Positions 31,223 to 40,942 of a DNA stretch of 64,000 nt are shown here, one piece after another; positions within the stretch are counted from its first letter, which is position 1, and every line of letters begins with the position of its first letter. The notes below the pieces were generated by a model. The model was not told the origin of the DNA. It did no database searches and worked only from the letters and a program-made list of their open reading frames with translations. Position numbers and translations under genes: made by a program. The stretch lies in assembly GCA_963818305.1 (NCBI GenBank), contig CAWFRQ010000003.1:162371-226370 (forward strand), given 5' to 3'. Source of the stretch: an uncultured Chloroflexia bacterium. GTDB taxonomy: Bacteria; Chloroflexota; Anaerolineae; Anaerolineales; Anaerolineaceae.

Positions 31223-31462
31223 CTAGCAGACGGCACACGTGAAATCCACTCCACCAGTCTCCTGAATCGGGACGGCCATCGTCCTCTCCTGGATAGTGGG
31301 CTGCGGCGTTATATGTGCCGTTGCCAATATCCTTGCACCCGGATTTCCGCAGTTATGATCATAATTACGATCCGTGTAATCCTCCGTATCGTCGGGGTGC
31401 ATGACAATATTCCACGCACCAAGGTTGTAATCTTCCGCACCGGCTTCAACTTGATTGCTCAT
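31223..31462 (-). CDS. Small ORF (79 aa) translationally coupled to, or a frameshifted tail of, the upstream surface protein
   Basis: ATGA overlap with the stop of ORF 31459..32337. Acidic sequence with three Cys (HNCGNPG, ...TCAVC end). No family recognised. Confidence 0.3.
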   Translation of the reverse strand: MSNQVEAGAEDYNLGAWNIVMHPDDTEDYTDRNYDHNCGNPGARILATAHITPQPTIQERTMAVPIQETGGVDFTCAVC

Positions 31463-34346
31463 CGTAAGTAGAGTGTCTCATCGCCCATTAACGAAAACTC
31501 ACCAGTTTCCTCGTGGTAAAACCCACCTCCATTCCAGCAAGTATATATATGATTGGGGTCTGTTAGTGAAAGGTAGGCCGAATGCTCCGGAGAGTTCCAC
31601 TCAAATAAATCTTGCCCACCAATGGATCCAACAAAACTCATTGTGAAGTGGTTATCCAATCCCCTCACTACTGCATCAGAACAACCTTCAAGCCAGCCCA
31701 CCGAGAAGTTGCGCGCCTCGGCAACTTGAATAGTGTTATTGTCATAGTCTGTTTCAACAATATTCCGATTCTGATTGATGGTGAGGGTGTATCCTATTCC
31801 ATCTTCCGAGTTGATATTGAGAATCTGATTCCGTTGCATCGCCGTCAATGGGAATTGGACTGTAATTGCAGCTCTTTCAGCCAGTGAGAAGTTAGGAATA
31901 TCCTGTAAGAATTGTTCCGTCTGGCCATTTAAAATGATGGCTAATTGTAAGATACGATCGGTTAATCTATCGTCAGAACGGTTTCGAATAATGATCTCGA
32001 GGGTAGATGTATTTCGATTGAAATGTACTGATTCGATTACCAGATCAGGACTGGGGAGGCAAAATTGGCGATAGGCGGAAATGGATCCAGATAACTCTCC
32101 TACTTCAGTGACAAAATTATTTGGGTCAAATACCACACAATAGTCCAGTACTCCATCTGGCAATAACCCAATTATCTGATCTTCTCCGCCTGCACCCAGG
32201 TGATAGCCTGCCAGTGTTCTACGCTGCAGCAATTGACCATCACGGGACATGAAATTCACTTCCAGATCTCGGTCTGGCCATGCTGCAGTCCCTTGGTTTG
32301 TGATATTCGACTTGAGCTGCACCGATACTTTCCGCAAAGGTAAGTAGATCTGGCCAGATCAACGGTAGTGGTAATCCGCCTCCAGATGCGCCAGTGGCGC
32401 CTTCACCAGTGGGTTCGATCCGCACAGTTAGACTGCACCTTCCGTTATCAGAAGTAATGGTTACTTCATGCATTAAATCAAGCTCGGCTAATTGAGATCT
32501 CCGATTCATAATTCATCGAAGCCCCGGAACAGAGCAGATCATCACAGCCAGGATCGTCGTCATCATTACAACGGCCCGAATCTTCATCCATGATTCCGAA
32601 GGTGTACTGAAAATTATCCCTCTCGTCCAATTCGACTACCAGGCTCGGATATGCCGAGAAATTCCAACGATCTGCCTCGAAAGTTTCTATCAAGTCATAG
32701 GTGGTATTGGCGTTCCATCCGATAGCCGTATCTAGAGTGCTCCACCCATCTCCCAATGAACCGGTATCGAACGAGAACATTCGGCCATTGACTGTGAATT
32801 GACCGTAAATGGGACCGATATCTCCACTCCGATCTTCATAACGCCCATCGGATGGCATGTCGTGGGTTTCCAGTGGTCAGGAAAGTGACCCGCACCTGAC
32901 GGTTACAGTCACCGGGTTGGGGTTCAATCGTCACACTGTTGGACTGAGGTGATTCGAAGCTGTCCGGATAATCTCCGATGACCGTCCCGACTGAAAAGTC
33001 ATAACTGGTACCACAAACCGGATTCAACCATTCATCAGGCAGATCAAATGCGCGCATGGAAGCGGGAACGGTCCAGATCACATTGCCGTTGAAGTAGATC
33101 AAGAAACCGTCAATCGGCTCATCTTCCGCATCAGGTATATATGCCCAGCGTAGAACGCCATTATCTAACACAGATTAGTAGGGGGAGTCATGTTAGGGTC
33201 GAGTAGAACAGGAATTCCACGTCCGTCGGGTGTGGTGTGGCTCACCAGGTAGTGAAGCAGAAAGTAGTCTTCTTGTAGTTCGCTGGTTGCCCAGGTTGCC
33301 ACTCCATCCCAGTTATCGGAAGGGATGGAGAGTGAAAGATGGCCGGCCTGGATAGCTTCAGTTCCGTCATTTTCTACACCAGTGCATGAGATATCCAGAG
33401 CGAGGTTTTCATTGCCCGGCCACATTATCACAGGAGCATGGTTGCCAGCGTAGTAGTCGGAGATATTCCAACCCCAACCCGGTGTAAATTCGAAAGATTC
33501 ATCAGTCGCCTGGTCATTATCACTATCCGGGTACCAACGAGGAAGGCTGCCTGTGGCACCTATATAACAGTGCAAGAGATTCGTACTGACCCATAGTTAC
33601 CAGATCGAGAAGTTCAATCCGCAATGGAATCTGCTCGGAATTACCTGCGGCATCGAATTGTTGCATAAAAAAGAATAAACTGCCCGGAAATCCGGAGGAG
33701 GTTGAGTCTGGAAGTACATCCGGAGCGGACTCATCGATGCCGGGGGTTCTCTCAGAAGGAATCGCCTCATCACCGGGATCGCCGCCAGGGATGGTCAATT
33801 CCTCACCGGCAGAAACCCCATCTGCTATGGTTTCCGGGTTGGATGCTTGAAGACTTTCCACCGGTTGACCCATATCTTCAGCGATAGAATCGATCGTATC
33901 ACCCTCTTGCACGGTGTAAGAGAATCCTTCCGGTGATTGGCCGACAAATTCGACCAGAACTGTCGCCTGGCTGCTTGCGCCTTTTGCAGTAACTGCGCGT
34001 GCCACGAGGGAGTGAGTTCCAGCCTCTGCACCTTGCCAGACATAGCTTAATCCGGTGGGTGGTACATCTGTCAGCTATGTTTTTTGCCAAACGTGAATTG
34101 ATCCACAATTCCAGGTGTGAGATGGGTTCTTTCGAACGGACGTAAGCCTGGACAGATACTAGAATCGCCGGCGGTGAATACTTGATGATTTGTAGGGATT
34201 GTGATCCATACAATTGGTTGGTTTGCACTGGACTGACCGCGATTGAAAAAGTAGTATAGCCCCAGTCCGATGGTGGTAAGGCATAGGCAGATCATTGCAA
34301 GTGCAACAATGACCCAGACAACATTTTTGGAGGTTTTCTTTTTCAT
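31459..34346 (-). CDS. Large membrane-anchored cell-surface protein (Ig-like, LysM, FN3-like, CARDB-like domains); many frameshifts as assembled
   Basis: N-terminal anchor MKKKTSKNVVWVIVALAMICLCLTTIGLGLYY (ORF 34071..34346) and LysM YTVQEGDTIDSIAEDMG...ELTIPG (ORF 33523..34005). CARDB-like repeats VSVQLKSNITNQGTAAW and DLVIESVHFNRNTSTLEIIIRN...ETDYDNN (ORF 31459..32337). Continuity across seven or more minus-strand ORF fragments needs frame changes. Confidence 0.6.
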
Positions 34347-34355
34347 TTTGGCCTC

Positions 34356-35424
34356 CTATTCCAATGTAATTGAAAATTTGGACCAGGATGAATAGCTTCC
34401 TGTGTTACCGGCGCCATCCACTGCCCGCACATGCCAGCGGTAGTAGTAACCACATTCCACCGCAATGCTCGTACTTTTTGTTGAAACTGTGATTGGGCTG
34501 CCTGGCGCAGCCGACCAACTGGAGCCATTGCTGCTTTTTTGCACTTCTACTTTGTATTAATCTATCCCATTCATATCATTCACTGGAAGCCAGACCAATG
34601 ACTGGTTGGCTTTACAACCAATTGAAGCGCCATTATCCGGTACTTGCAGATCGGGGGCATCTGGAGGACCATCATCTTCGGGTGTTGGTGTCTCACATTC
34701 ACCGCTGACCGGGATGGTGATTTGTTTCTTTTCGGTTGAACCATCTAGATAATTAACGGTCAGGGAGTAGCGCTGGGTTGTACATAAACAATCCCCGTAA
34801 GAACCATCCAGAGGTTGTTCGAACTCTCCCGAAAATCAATGAGGTCACATTTTCAGCATGCCAGCGGATGCTAGTACATTCTCCAGCATTCAATTCTGAT
34901 GGTTCTGCCCAAAAATTCACCAGGGCTAAAGGAGTTGAAGTGGCCGAGGGTGTCAATATATCTGTTGGTGTCAAGCTGATTTCTGGTGTGAATGTGGCGG
35001 TTGGGGTGTTGGTGGGTGTAACAGAGGGTGTGATCAGCGGTATGGATGTGGAATTGATGGTGATGCGGGCGGTATCCGGTGAGCCAATCCGGCTGTCGGA
35101 TGACATAGGGAAAACCGAGAGGGTATATTCGCCATTCTCTTCCGGCAGCCATTGGTAGGTGAAGTAAGAAAGGGTATTTTCGCCGGGTTCGACTGGCACT
35201 GTGGCGACTGCTGCATCGTTTACCCAAATCTCCACCTGGGTGATTCTGTTACCGACGGTGTGCCCTTCGATATTGACAGGCGCAAGGGGCAAACTGATCC
35301 CATTGACGGGCACGTCCAGGTAGATACCGATGGGATCTGCTTCCTGTTGGCTACATCCTGACAGCGTGAAAAACAATAACAGCCACACCCCCATGAGTAA
35401 ATGGCGCTTCATAGAATGGATCAT
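34356..35424 (-). CDS. Surface lipoprotein with Ig-like and FN3-like domains and a Pro/Thr linker; one frameshift (~34835) and one in-frame TAA (34557-34559)
   Basis: Lipobox LFFTLSGC. VEIWVNDAAVATVPVEPGENTLSYFTYQWLP is Ig-like, PSVTPTNTPTATFTP is a linker, and the tail YYRWHVRAVDGAGNTGSYSSWSKFSI is FN3-like (ORF 34356..34544). Confidence 0.6.
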
Positions 35425-35773
35425 AGTATCCTCCCCTCCAACAAAAAAGCGGATTAGGAATTTACCAGATCAATGAGCAGAAATGAGGTCTTGTTTGCTT
35501 ACATGGAAGCGGCAGGTAAATCCGACGAATGCCACCCTGTCTCAACTACTTATTATCAACTTCTATCCGGTGGGTGTGTCAATGAAGGTCAGAATCTATT
35601 CTCTCAATACATCCATCCATAAATCATTATATGGAAATAAATCAACCTTACATTAATAACCAAAAAGGTTTGCCAGAATCCTCTGTGAAGAGCTGACTGG
35701 TTACGTTCATTTTCTTACCACCCAACAGCACATTGAAGTATGATTAGTCCAGAATTGAGATATCGGAGGCAGC

Positions 35774-36625
35774 ATGAAGGAATTGGATGGAAAAGTAGCT
35801 GTGATCACAGGCGGATCGCGCGGACTGGGGTTAGGAATTGCGAAAGCTTACGCTGCTGCTGGGGCCAGGGTGGTCATTGCCTCTCGTTCTGCTTCATCTG
35901 TGGATGCGGCAGTTAAAGGCATTCAAATGGCAGGCGGAGAAGCCTGTGGAATGGCTTGTGATGTATCTGACCCGCTTCAGGTTGATCAACTGGTTGATCT
36001 GGCAATCCAATCCTATGGTCAGATTGATATCTGGGTGAATAACGCCGGCGTAGCTGGTCCTTATGGTGAAACCCTACATTGGTCACCGGATGCCTTCCGG
36101 CAGGTGGTTGAGACCAACATTCTGGGTACCTATTATGGCAGCCGGTCAGTGATGAAGTATTTTCTCCCTCGCCATCAGGGCAAACTGATCAACATCCTTG
36201 GGGCGGGGTGGAACCGTCCGGTCGCTTATCAGAACGCGTACTCATCTTCAAAAGTGTGGATTCGCTGGTTTACCAAATCGCTGGCGAATGAAAACCGGGA
36301 GACAGGCGTGGGCGTGTTTGCGCTCAACCCGGGTATGGTTCTTACGGAACTATTAACCGACGTAGAGGTATTTGAGAGTGCCGTACACCGTCTGGATAAA
36401 TTCCCGATGGTGGTACGGGTTTTGGCGAAACCTCCGGAGGTCCCGGCGAAAAAGATGGTTTGGTTGGCATCTGACGCGACCGATGGCAAGACCGGGTTGG
36501 AAGTGAACGTCTTCAATCCGCTGACTGCTTCGGTGGGATTCTTTATGGAAAATTTTCGAACCTGGTTCAAGCAGCCTGAACCCGAATCTGGTGTGAAAAT
36601 CAAGGTGATTCCACCGTTTGATTAG
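35774..36625 (+). CDS. Short-chain dehydrogenase/reductase (SDR)
   Basis: TGGSRGLGLG cofactor motif, NNAG and catalytic YSSSK. Confidence 0.9.
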   Translation: MKELDGKVAVITGGSRGLGLGIAKAYAAAGARVVIASRSASSVDAAVKGIQMAGGEACGMACDVSDPLQVDQLVDLAIQSYGQIDIWVNNAGVAGPYGETLHWSPDAFRQVVETNILGTYYGSRSVMKYFLPRHQGKLINILGAGWNRPVAYQNAYSSSKVWIRWFTKSLANENRETGVGVFALNPGMVLTELLTDVEVFESAVHRLDKFPMVVRVLAKPPEVPAKKMVWLASDATDGKTGLEVNVFNPLTASVGFFMENFRTWFKQPEPESGVKIKVIPPFD

Positions 36626-36658
36626 ATTTTTTCCTTAGTTGGGCTAAATTTAAAATAT

Positions 36659-36691
36659 AGCGAGGTGTGGAAATTTGTTCACACCTCGCTA
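36659..36691. terminator. Bidirectional terminator hairpin between the SDR and cyclophilin genes
   Basis: AGCGAGGTGTG-gaaatttgtt-CACACCTCGCT with A/T-rich flanks. Confidence 0.55.
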
Positions 36692-36712
36692 TTTATGTAG
36701 GGATGGTAATGC

Positions 36713-37225
36713 TTATTCTTCTGTAATCTCTACACTCTGCAGCTTGACGGACGGGGCAGAAGTTAGGCGCGGATCACGTTCCGGGATTGAAAGAAGGATA
36801 TCTAAACCACCAGTCACCTTGCCAAATACGCTGTGCTTATTATCCAGCCAGGGCGTGGGAACATGGGTCAGGAAGAACTGGCTGCCATTGGTGTTAGGTC
36901 CGGCATTGGCCATCGAGAGGATCCCAGGTTGGTCATGTTTGAGGGAAGGGTGGAATTCATCTTTGAACTTGTAGCCGGGGCCGCCCATACCAGTACCGGT
37001 CGGGTCTCCGCCCTGAGCCATGAAGTCATTGATCACCCGGTGAAAGATGGTGTCGTTATAAAAGCCTTCTCTGGCTAAAAAGACGAAATTGTTCACGGTG
37101 TTTGGGACTTTATCGGCGTGCAATTGGACGATGATATCACCTTTATCGGTTTTAAAGGTGGCAGTGTATTTTTTCTTTGCGTCGATTTTGTATTCGGGTG
37201 GTGTATTCCAACTTTTTTGAGCCAT
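36713..37225 (-). CDS. Peptidyl-prolyl cis-trans isomerase, cyclophilin type
   Basis: [42 protein letters not shown] and HSVFGKV. Confidence 0.95.
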   Translation of the reverse strand: MAQKSWNTPPEYKIDAKKKYTATFKTDKGDIIVQLHADKVPNTVNNFVFLAREGFYNDTIFHRVINDFMAQGGDPTGTGMGGPGYKFKDEFHPSLKHDQPGILSMANAGPNTNGSQFFLTHVPTPWLDNKHSVFGKVTGGLDILLSIPERDPRLTSAPSVKLQSVEITEE

Positions 37226-37292
37226 AAATGTTTCCTTTCAGATTTGTGAATTGGTCTAGGTTAGTTGTTCAATTTTAATCGCAAAAGTAAAT

Positions 37293-38362
37293 TTACAGGT
37301 TGAAGCGTATATTCAATACATCACCATCTTTTACGATGTATTCTTTTCCTTCCAGGCGCAGCTTGCCTTTACCCTTCGCTTCGACCAACCCGCCTAGAGC
37401 CATCAAGTCATCGTAGGCAACCACTTCTGCGCGGATAAAGCCTTTTTGTAAATCGGAATGGATCTCTCCGGCAGCTTCTGGAGCAGTGGCTCCACGGTGA
37501 ACGGTCCAGGCCCGGCATTCATCTTCTCCGGCGGTGAAGAAGGATTGCAAGCCTAACAAGTCGTAGGAAAGGCGGATCATACGATGCAGGCTGGGTTCTT
37601 CAATCCCGTATTCCTGCAGGAACATTTGCATTTCTTCTGGCGGCAGTTGAGCAATATCCATTTCTAGTTTGCCCTGTAACGCGACTAGTTTGGCGTGGTG
37701 ATGGTCGTAGGTGATGCCAGGAGCGGTTTGATTTTCGGCCAGGTTGAAGACCACTAATACCGGTTTACGTGAGAGGAAGCCGAAACCAGAGAGCAGTTTA
37801 TCTTCTTCGGAGCATTGATTTCCAGATCGCGCAGCGGTTTTTCATCTTGCAACGCTGCATTGAAACGGTTAAATAGTTCGGTTTCTCGTTCAATCAAGCC
37901 TTTATCTCTGCCAGCGCCTTTCTTTTTTTCTTCAACCAATCGTTCCAGTTTACGTTCGACTGCGATCAGGTCATTCAAGATCAGTTCGCTATCCATGGCG
38001 GCCAAATCACGTGCAGGGTTCACCGAACCAGAGGGATGCGGCACTTCTTCGGATTCGAAGCAGCGTACCACATGGATGAAGCCATCCATTTGGGTGAGCT
38101 GATTGAGCAGAGCACCGTTGATTCCACCACGTCCGGATGATCCATCCAGGCCGGCGATATCCACATAGGTTACTTTGGTGTAAATGGTCTTCTTGGGATG
38201 GAACATCTCAGATAATCGATCGACCCGTGGATCAGGAACATCGACTACGGCAGTGTGGATCTCCATTTTTCCGCTGTTGGAAGTGGGTACCGATCCGCGG
38301 GTGAGTGCATTGAACAAGGTGGTTTTTCCGGATTGGGGCAGACCAATAATTCCTAACTTCAT
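37293..38362 (-). CDS. ychF: Ribosome-binding ATPase YchF (Obg-like); one frameshift near ~37808
   Basis: MKLGIIGLPQSGKTTLFNALT and DIAGL in ORF 37754..38395; the TGS/C-terminal part (RAWTVHRGATAPEAAGEIHSDLQKGFIRAEV) in ORF 37293..37754. Restoring one G in CCGAAG gives ...APEEDKLLSGFGFLSSRKPVLVVFN. Confidence 0.9.
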
Positions 38363-38428
38363 TTCGGATCCTCTTAATGGGGGCTTGACCGACAAGCCTG
38401 AATTAGATATACTTCGGGGTACATTTCA

Positions 38429-38513
38429 GCCGAAGTGGCGGAATAGGCAGACGCGCACGACTCAAAATCGTGTACCCTCGGGTATGTGGGTTCGATTCCC
38501 ACCTTCGGCACCA
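38429..38513 (+). tRNA. tRNA-Leu (anticodon CAA), CCA encoded
   Basis: Acceptor GCCGAAG/CTTCGGC, anticodon stem-loop CACGA-CTCAAAA-TCGTG, long variable arm TACCCTCGGGTAT, T-arm GTGGG-TTCGATT-CCCAC and 3' ACCA. Confidence 0.95.
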
Positions 38514-38522
38514 TCATTATAA

Positions 38523-38555
38523 CATGCAGCCTCAGGTCTTTTGACGGGCTGCATG
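38523..38555 (+). terminator. Stem-loop after tRNA-Leu
   Basis: CATGCAGCC-15 nt-GGCTGCATG followed by the T-rich GTTGTTTAATT. Confidence 0.45.
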
Positions 38556-38576
38556 GTTGTTTAATTCATCGTCACA

Positions 38577-38621
38577 CATCCTGAGGAATGCAGACCCATC
38601 GGGGATGCTGACGAAGGATCT
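38577..38621. repeat. Half copy (left arm only) of the palindromic repeat family
   Basis: CATCCTGAGG...CGAAGGATCT, as in the left arms at 18885 and 42503. No matching right arm follows. Confidence 0.6.
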
Positions 38622-38667
38622 TGATAGAAATCATGTAGGAAAAGGTAACAAAGCCCATCCCCTTTAT

Positions 38668-38740
38668 CCCCTTCCCAGCCTGGGAAGGGGATTTTATTAC
38701 TCTGGGAGCAGGAACCGCGAAGCGGTTCCTGCTCCCAGAG
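38668..38740. repeat. Two strong GC hairpins downstream of holA and tRNA-Leu
   Basis: CCCCTTCCCA-gcc-TGGGAAGGGG (38668-38690), then the perfect 19-bp stem CTCTGGGAGCAGGAACCGC-gaa-GCGGTTCCTGCTCCCAGAG (38700-38740). The 11-mer GCAGGAACCGC recurs at ~42472 next to repeat copy C. Confidence 0.65.
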
Positions 38741-38773
38741 GCCCACAATCTCCAATCGGTGATATTTCGACCA

Positions 38774-39848
38774 TCAACTTTTATTTTGGCTGCACATCTG
38801 GACGATGAGCGTATCCAACAAGACGCTGATATCTTGGGTGCCACGTTTACTTTCATCTTCAATTTTCATCAACTGGCGATACGCCCAGCGCAAAGCTGGT
38901 AATTGAAAGCGTTTAACCTGCTCAAATAACTTTCCGTGCCTGAAAATCTGCGATATGCAGCTCGCGCACCAGGTCAGCCTGGCTGCCGCCTTCATCCAGT
39001 ACTTCCCGCCCCAACAAGAACTGCCGGAATTGCCAGATAACCATCGGGAAGATCTCTTGACGCACATCCATGGTTTCCATCAGCTGGTGCAAAATCGCCA
39101 CAGCCTTTCGGGCATCCTTTTCGCCGATAGCCTCCGTCAAGTTCCAGATGGTGGCAGACATGACCGAGGTGCTGATTTCCATCACATCTTCCACCTGGAT
39201 AACGCGCCCATTGCAATAGGTGATCAGCTTATCCAACTCCATGGTAGCCAGACCTGTGTCTGATCCGACGAAACCGGCTAGTTCAGAAGCTGCTTCTGGA
39301 GATATTTTTCCACCCAGTTCCCGGGTTTTTTTCTGAATCCAGCCAGGCATCTCTTGCCGGTTGGGTAGTGGATACCCGATCAGCTTGACTGTATCCGTGT
39401 TTTCGGCAGCCCATTTACTGAGGAAGTGTTTGTCACTGAGAACCTCCCACTGGTTGCTGCCTGAACGCCACTTTTGCTGATCATCCACCACCAGAATCAG
39501 TCGGGTTGTATCAGGTACTTCTGATAATAGTTTTATAAATTGCGCCTTGGTATTTTTTTGTTTTCCGGTTTTGGCTGATGGTTCTTCATCACTGCCCATG
39601 GATCGTTTGCTCTCGTATTTCGCAAGCGGATCAGTGATGATTACCAGACGTTCGGTGCTGAAGAATGAGGCTGCAAATGCCGCGTTACGGATATCGGTCT
39701 CAGTGGCTGTTCTGCCATCCAGCGTGGATATGCTCATCTCAGCCATATCCGGATCTCCCAATGACCGTTTTTGATCTTGGATGAAAGCACGCATGGCGAC
39801 TTGATCATCGCCATGCAAAATAAAAATCCGTTGGTTAGGTTCAGTCAT
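38774..39848 (-). CDS. holA: DNA polymerase III delta subunit; one frameshift near ~38930
   Basis: The N-terminal IFILHGDD..., the length and the helical C-domain fit HolA. The C-terminal tail (..LFEQVKRFQLPALRWAYRQLMKIEDESKRG) is in ORF 38774..39067. This family is divergent, so the call rests on pattern only. Confidence 0.7.
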
Positions 39849-39861
39849 ATCTTTTGGTAAC

Positions 39862-40407
39862 TTAATCTCGCATTACGATCACGGTTCCGGCAATAATATC
39901 GTGCAATGCTTGTTTTTTGGGTGTGAATGCCGCCATGATATACCCGATGCCCAGCAGTAACCCGGAAATAGCTTTACCCAGGAATCTGCCGGTGGCGGTA
40001 CCGAATCCGATCGCATCACCGTCCACATCGGTCACTTTTAATCCCATCACCCTCTTACCCAGGGTTGCTTGCATACCGGAGCTCTCCATACCAGCATAAT
40101 AAAGCCAGACTAAAAGGAAGGCGACCAAGGTAAGGATGAGCAGGTAATCCATCACGGCTGTGGTCATTTCAGCGGGGATGGTGGGATTAGCCGGGTCGAT
40201 CGCGGGCATATCAGCAGCGTTGAACACACCTGTCGCGTTAGCCAACATGGCAGCAACAAAACCTACTCCGCTCCCTATCACATTCACAATAATCCCGTCG
40301 ATGACTGAGGCGATAAAGCGACGGAAGATGCCAGCATACTCCACTGGTTTGGGTGCTTCTTGCACCAGGGAACTCTGATCGAACATATTCGGATTAAAGC
40401 TATCCAT
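39862..40407 (-). CDS. RDD-family membrane protein
   Basis: YAGIFRRFIASVIDGIIV at the N-terminus of the domain and ...LHDIIAGTVIV at the end, with three hydrophobic segments. Confidence 0.8.
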   Translation of the reverse strand: MDSFNPNMFDQSSLVQEAPKPVEYAGIFRRFIASVIDGIIVNVIGSGVGFVAAMLANATGVFNAADMPAIDPANPTIPAEMTTAVMDYLLILTLVAFLLVWLYYAGMESSGMQATLGKRVMGLKVTDVDGDAIGFGTATGRFLGKAISGLLLGIGYIMAAFTPKKQALHDIIAGTVIVMRD

Positions 40408-40416
40408 GAGTCTCTC

Positions 40417-40938
40417 CTAATCAGTCTTGGTATGGATTCGATGTATGCTGCCTGCCACTCGTAAAATCTTCTCGATCTTGACAATTTGTAGTGTACCCAA
40501 AGAGGGTGAAGTAGTGATGTTGCGTTGCACTTTAGGGCCAAGCGGCTGGGCGAGAATGGCGGCTAGAGTGGACAAAGTAACCACTAGCGATAGCCGATCT
40601 AACCGATCTTTCCAGTTATTCTTCATTCCCAGCATACCCAACCAGGATGCAAAACCGGCTGCAATCCCTATTGTTACATAATTAGTGCCACAATGCGGGT
40701 GAATGGCCAGATTGGATTCTCCGTCATTCATTCTGCGCAGTGCTTCTTGGGCAGCTTCTTCTAATTCATTTTGGGGGATTTCGCCATAAACCGTGAATCC
40801 ACCTGGGTCAGAGTAGCCAGCAAGTGAAATTGTCGGAAAGCGCCGGGCGAGGATATTTAGCGTGGCATGCTCCAGGGAATGATTCCGCCGGACACTAAGG
40901 ATTTGCTTTTGATGTAATAGTTGTTGAAATGGATTCAT
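40417..40938 (-). CDS. Conserved hypothetical protein with His/Cys motifs and C-terminal hydrophobic segments
   Basis: RRNHSLEHATL and AIHPHCGTN motifs followed by two hydrophobic stretches. No function recognised. Confidence 0.5.
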   Translation of the reverse strand: MNPFQQLLHQKQILSVRRNHSLEHATLNILARRFPTISLAGYSDPGGFTVYGEIPQNELEEAAQEALRRMNDGESNLAIHPHCGTNYVTIGIAAGFASWLGMLGMKNNWKDRLDRLSLVVTLSTLAAILAQPLGPKVQRNITTSPSLGTLQIVKIEKILRVAGSIHRIHTKTD

Positions 40939-40942
40939 GGAC

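Noticed and set aside
34557-34559. Stop-codon recoding or an alternative genetic code
   Set aside because: There is only one in-frame TAA in the window. TAA, TAG and TGA all terminate well-defined genes here (for example aroKB TAA, the leader ORF TAG, aroC TGA), so reassignment is not supported.
38429-38900. Genomic island or prophage integrated at tRNA-Leu
   Set aside because: No integrase, no direct repeat of the tRNA 3' end and no phage-like genes. holA and other housekeeping genes follow immediately after the repeats.
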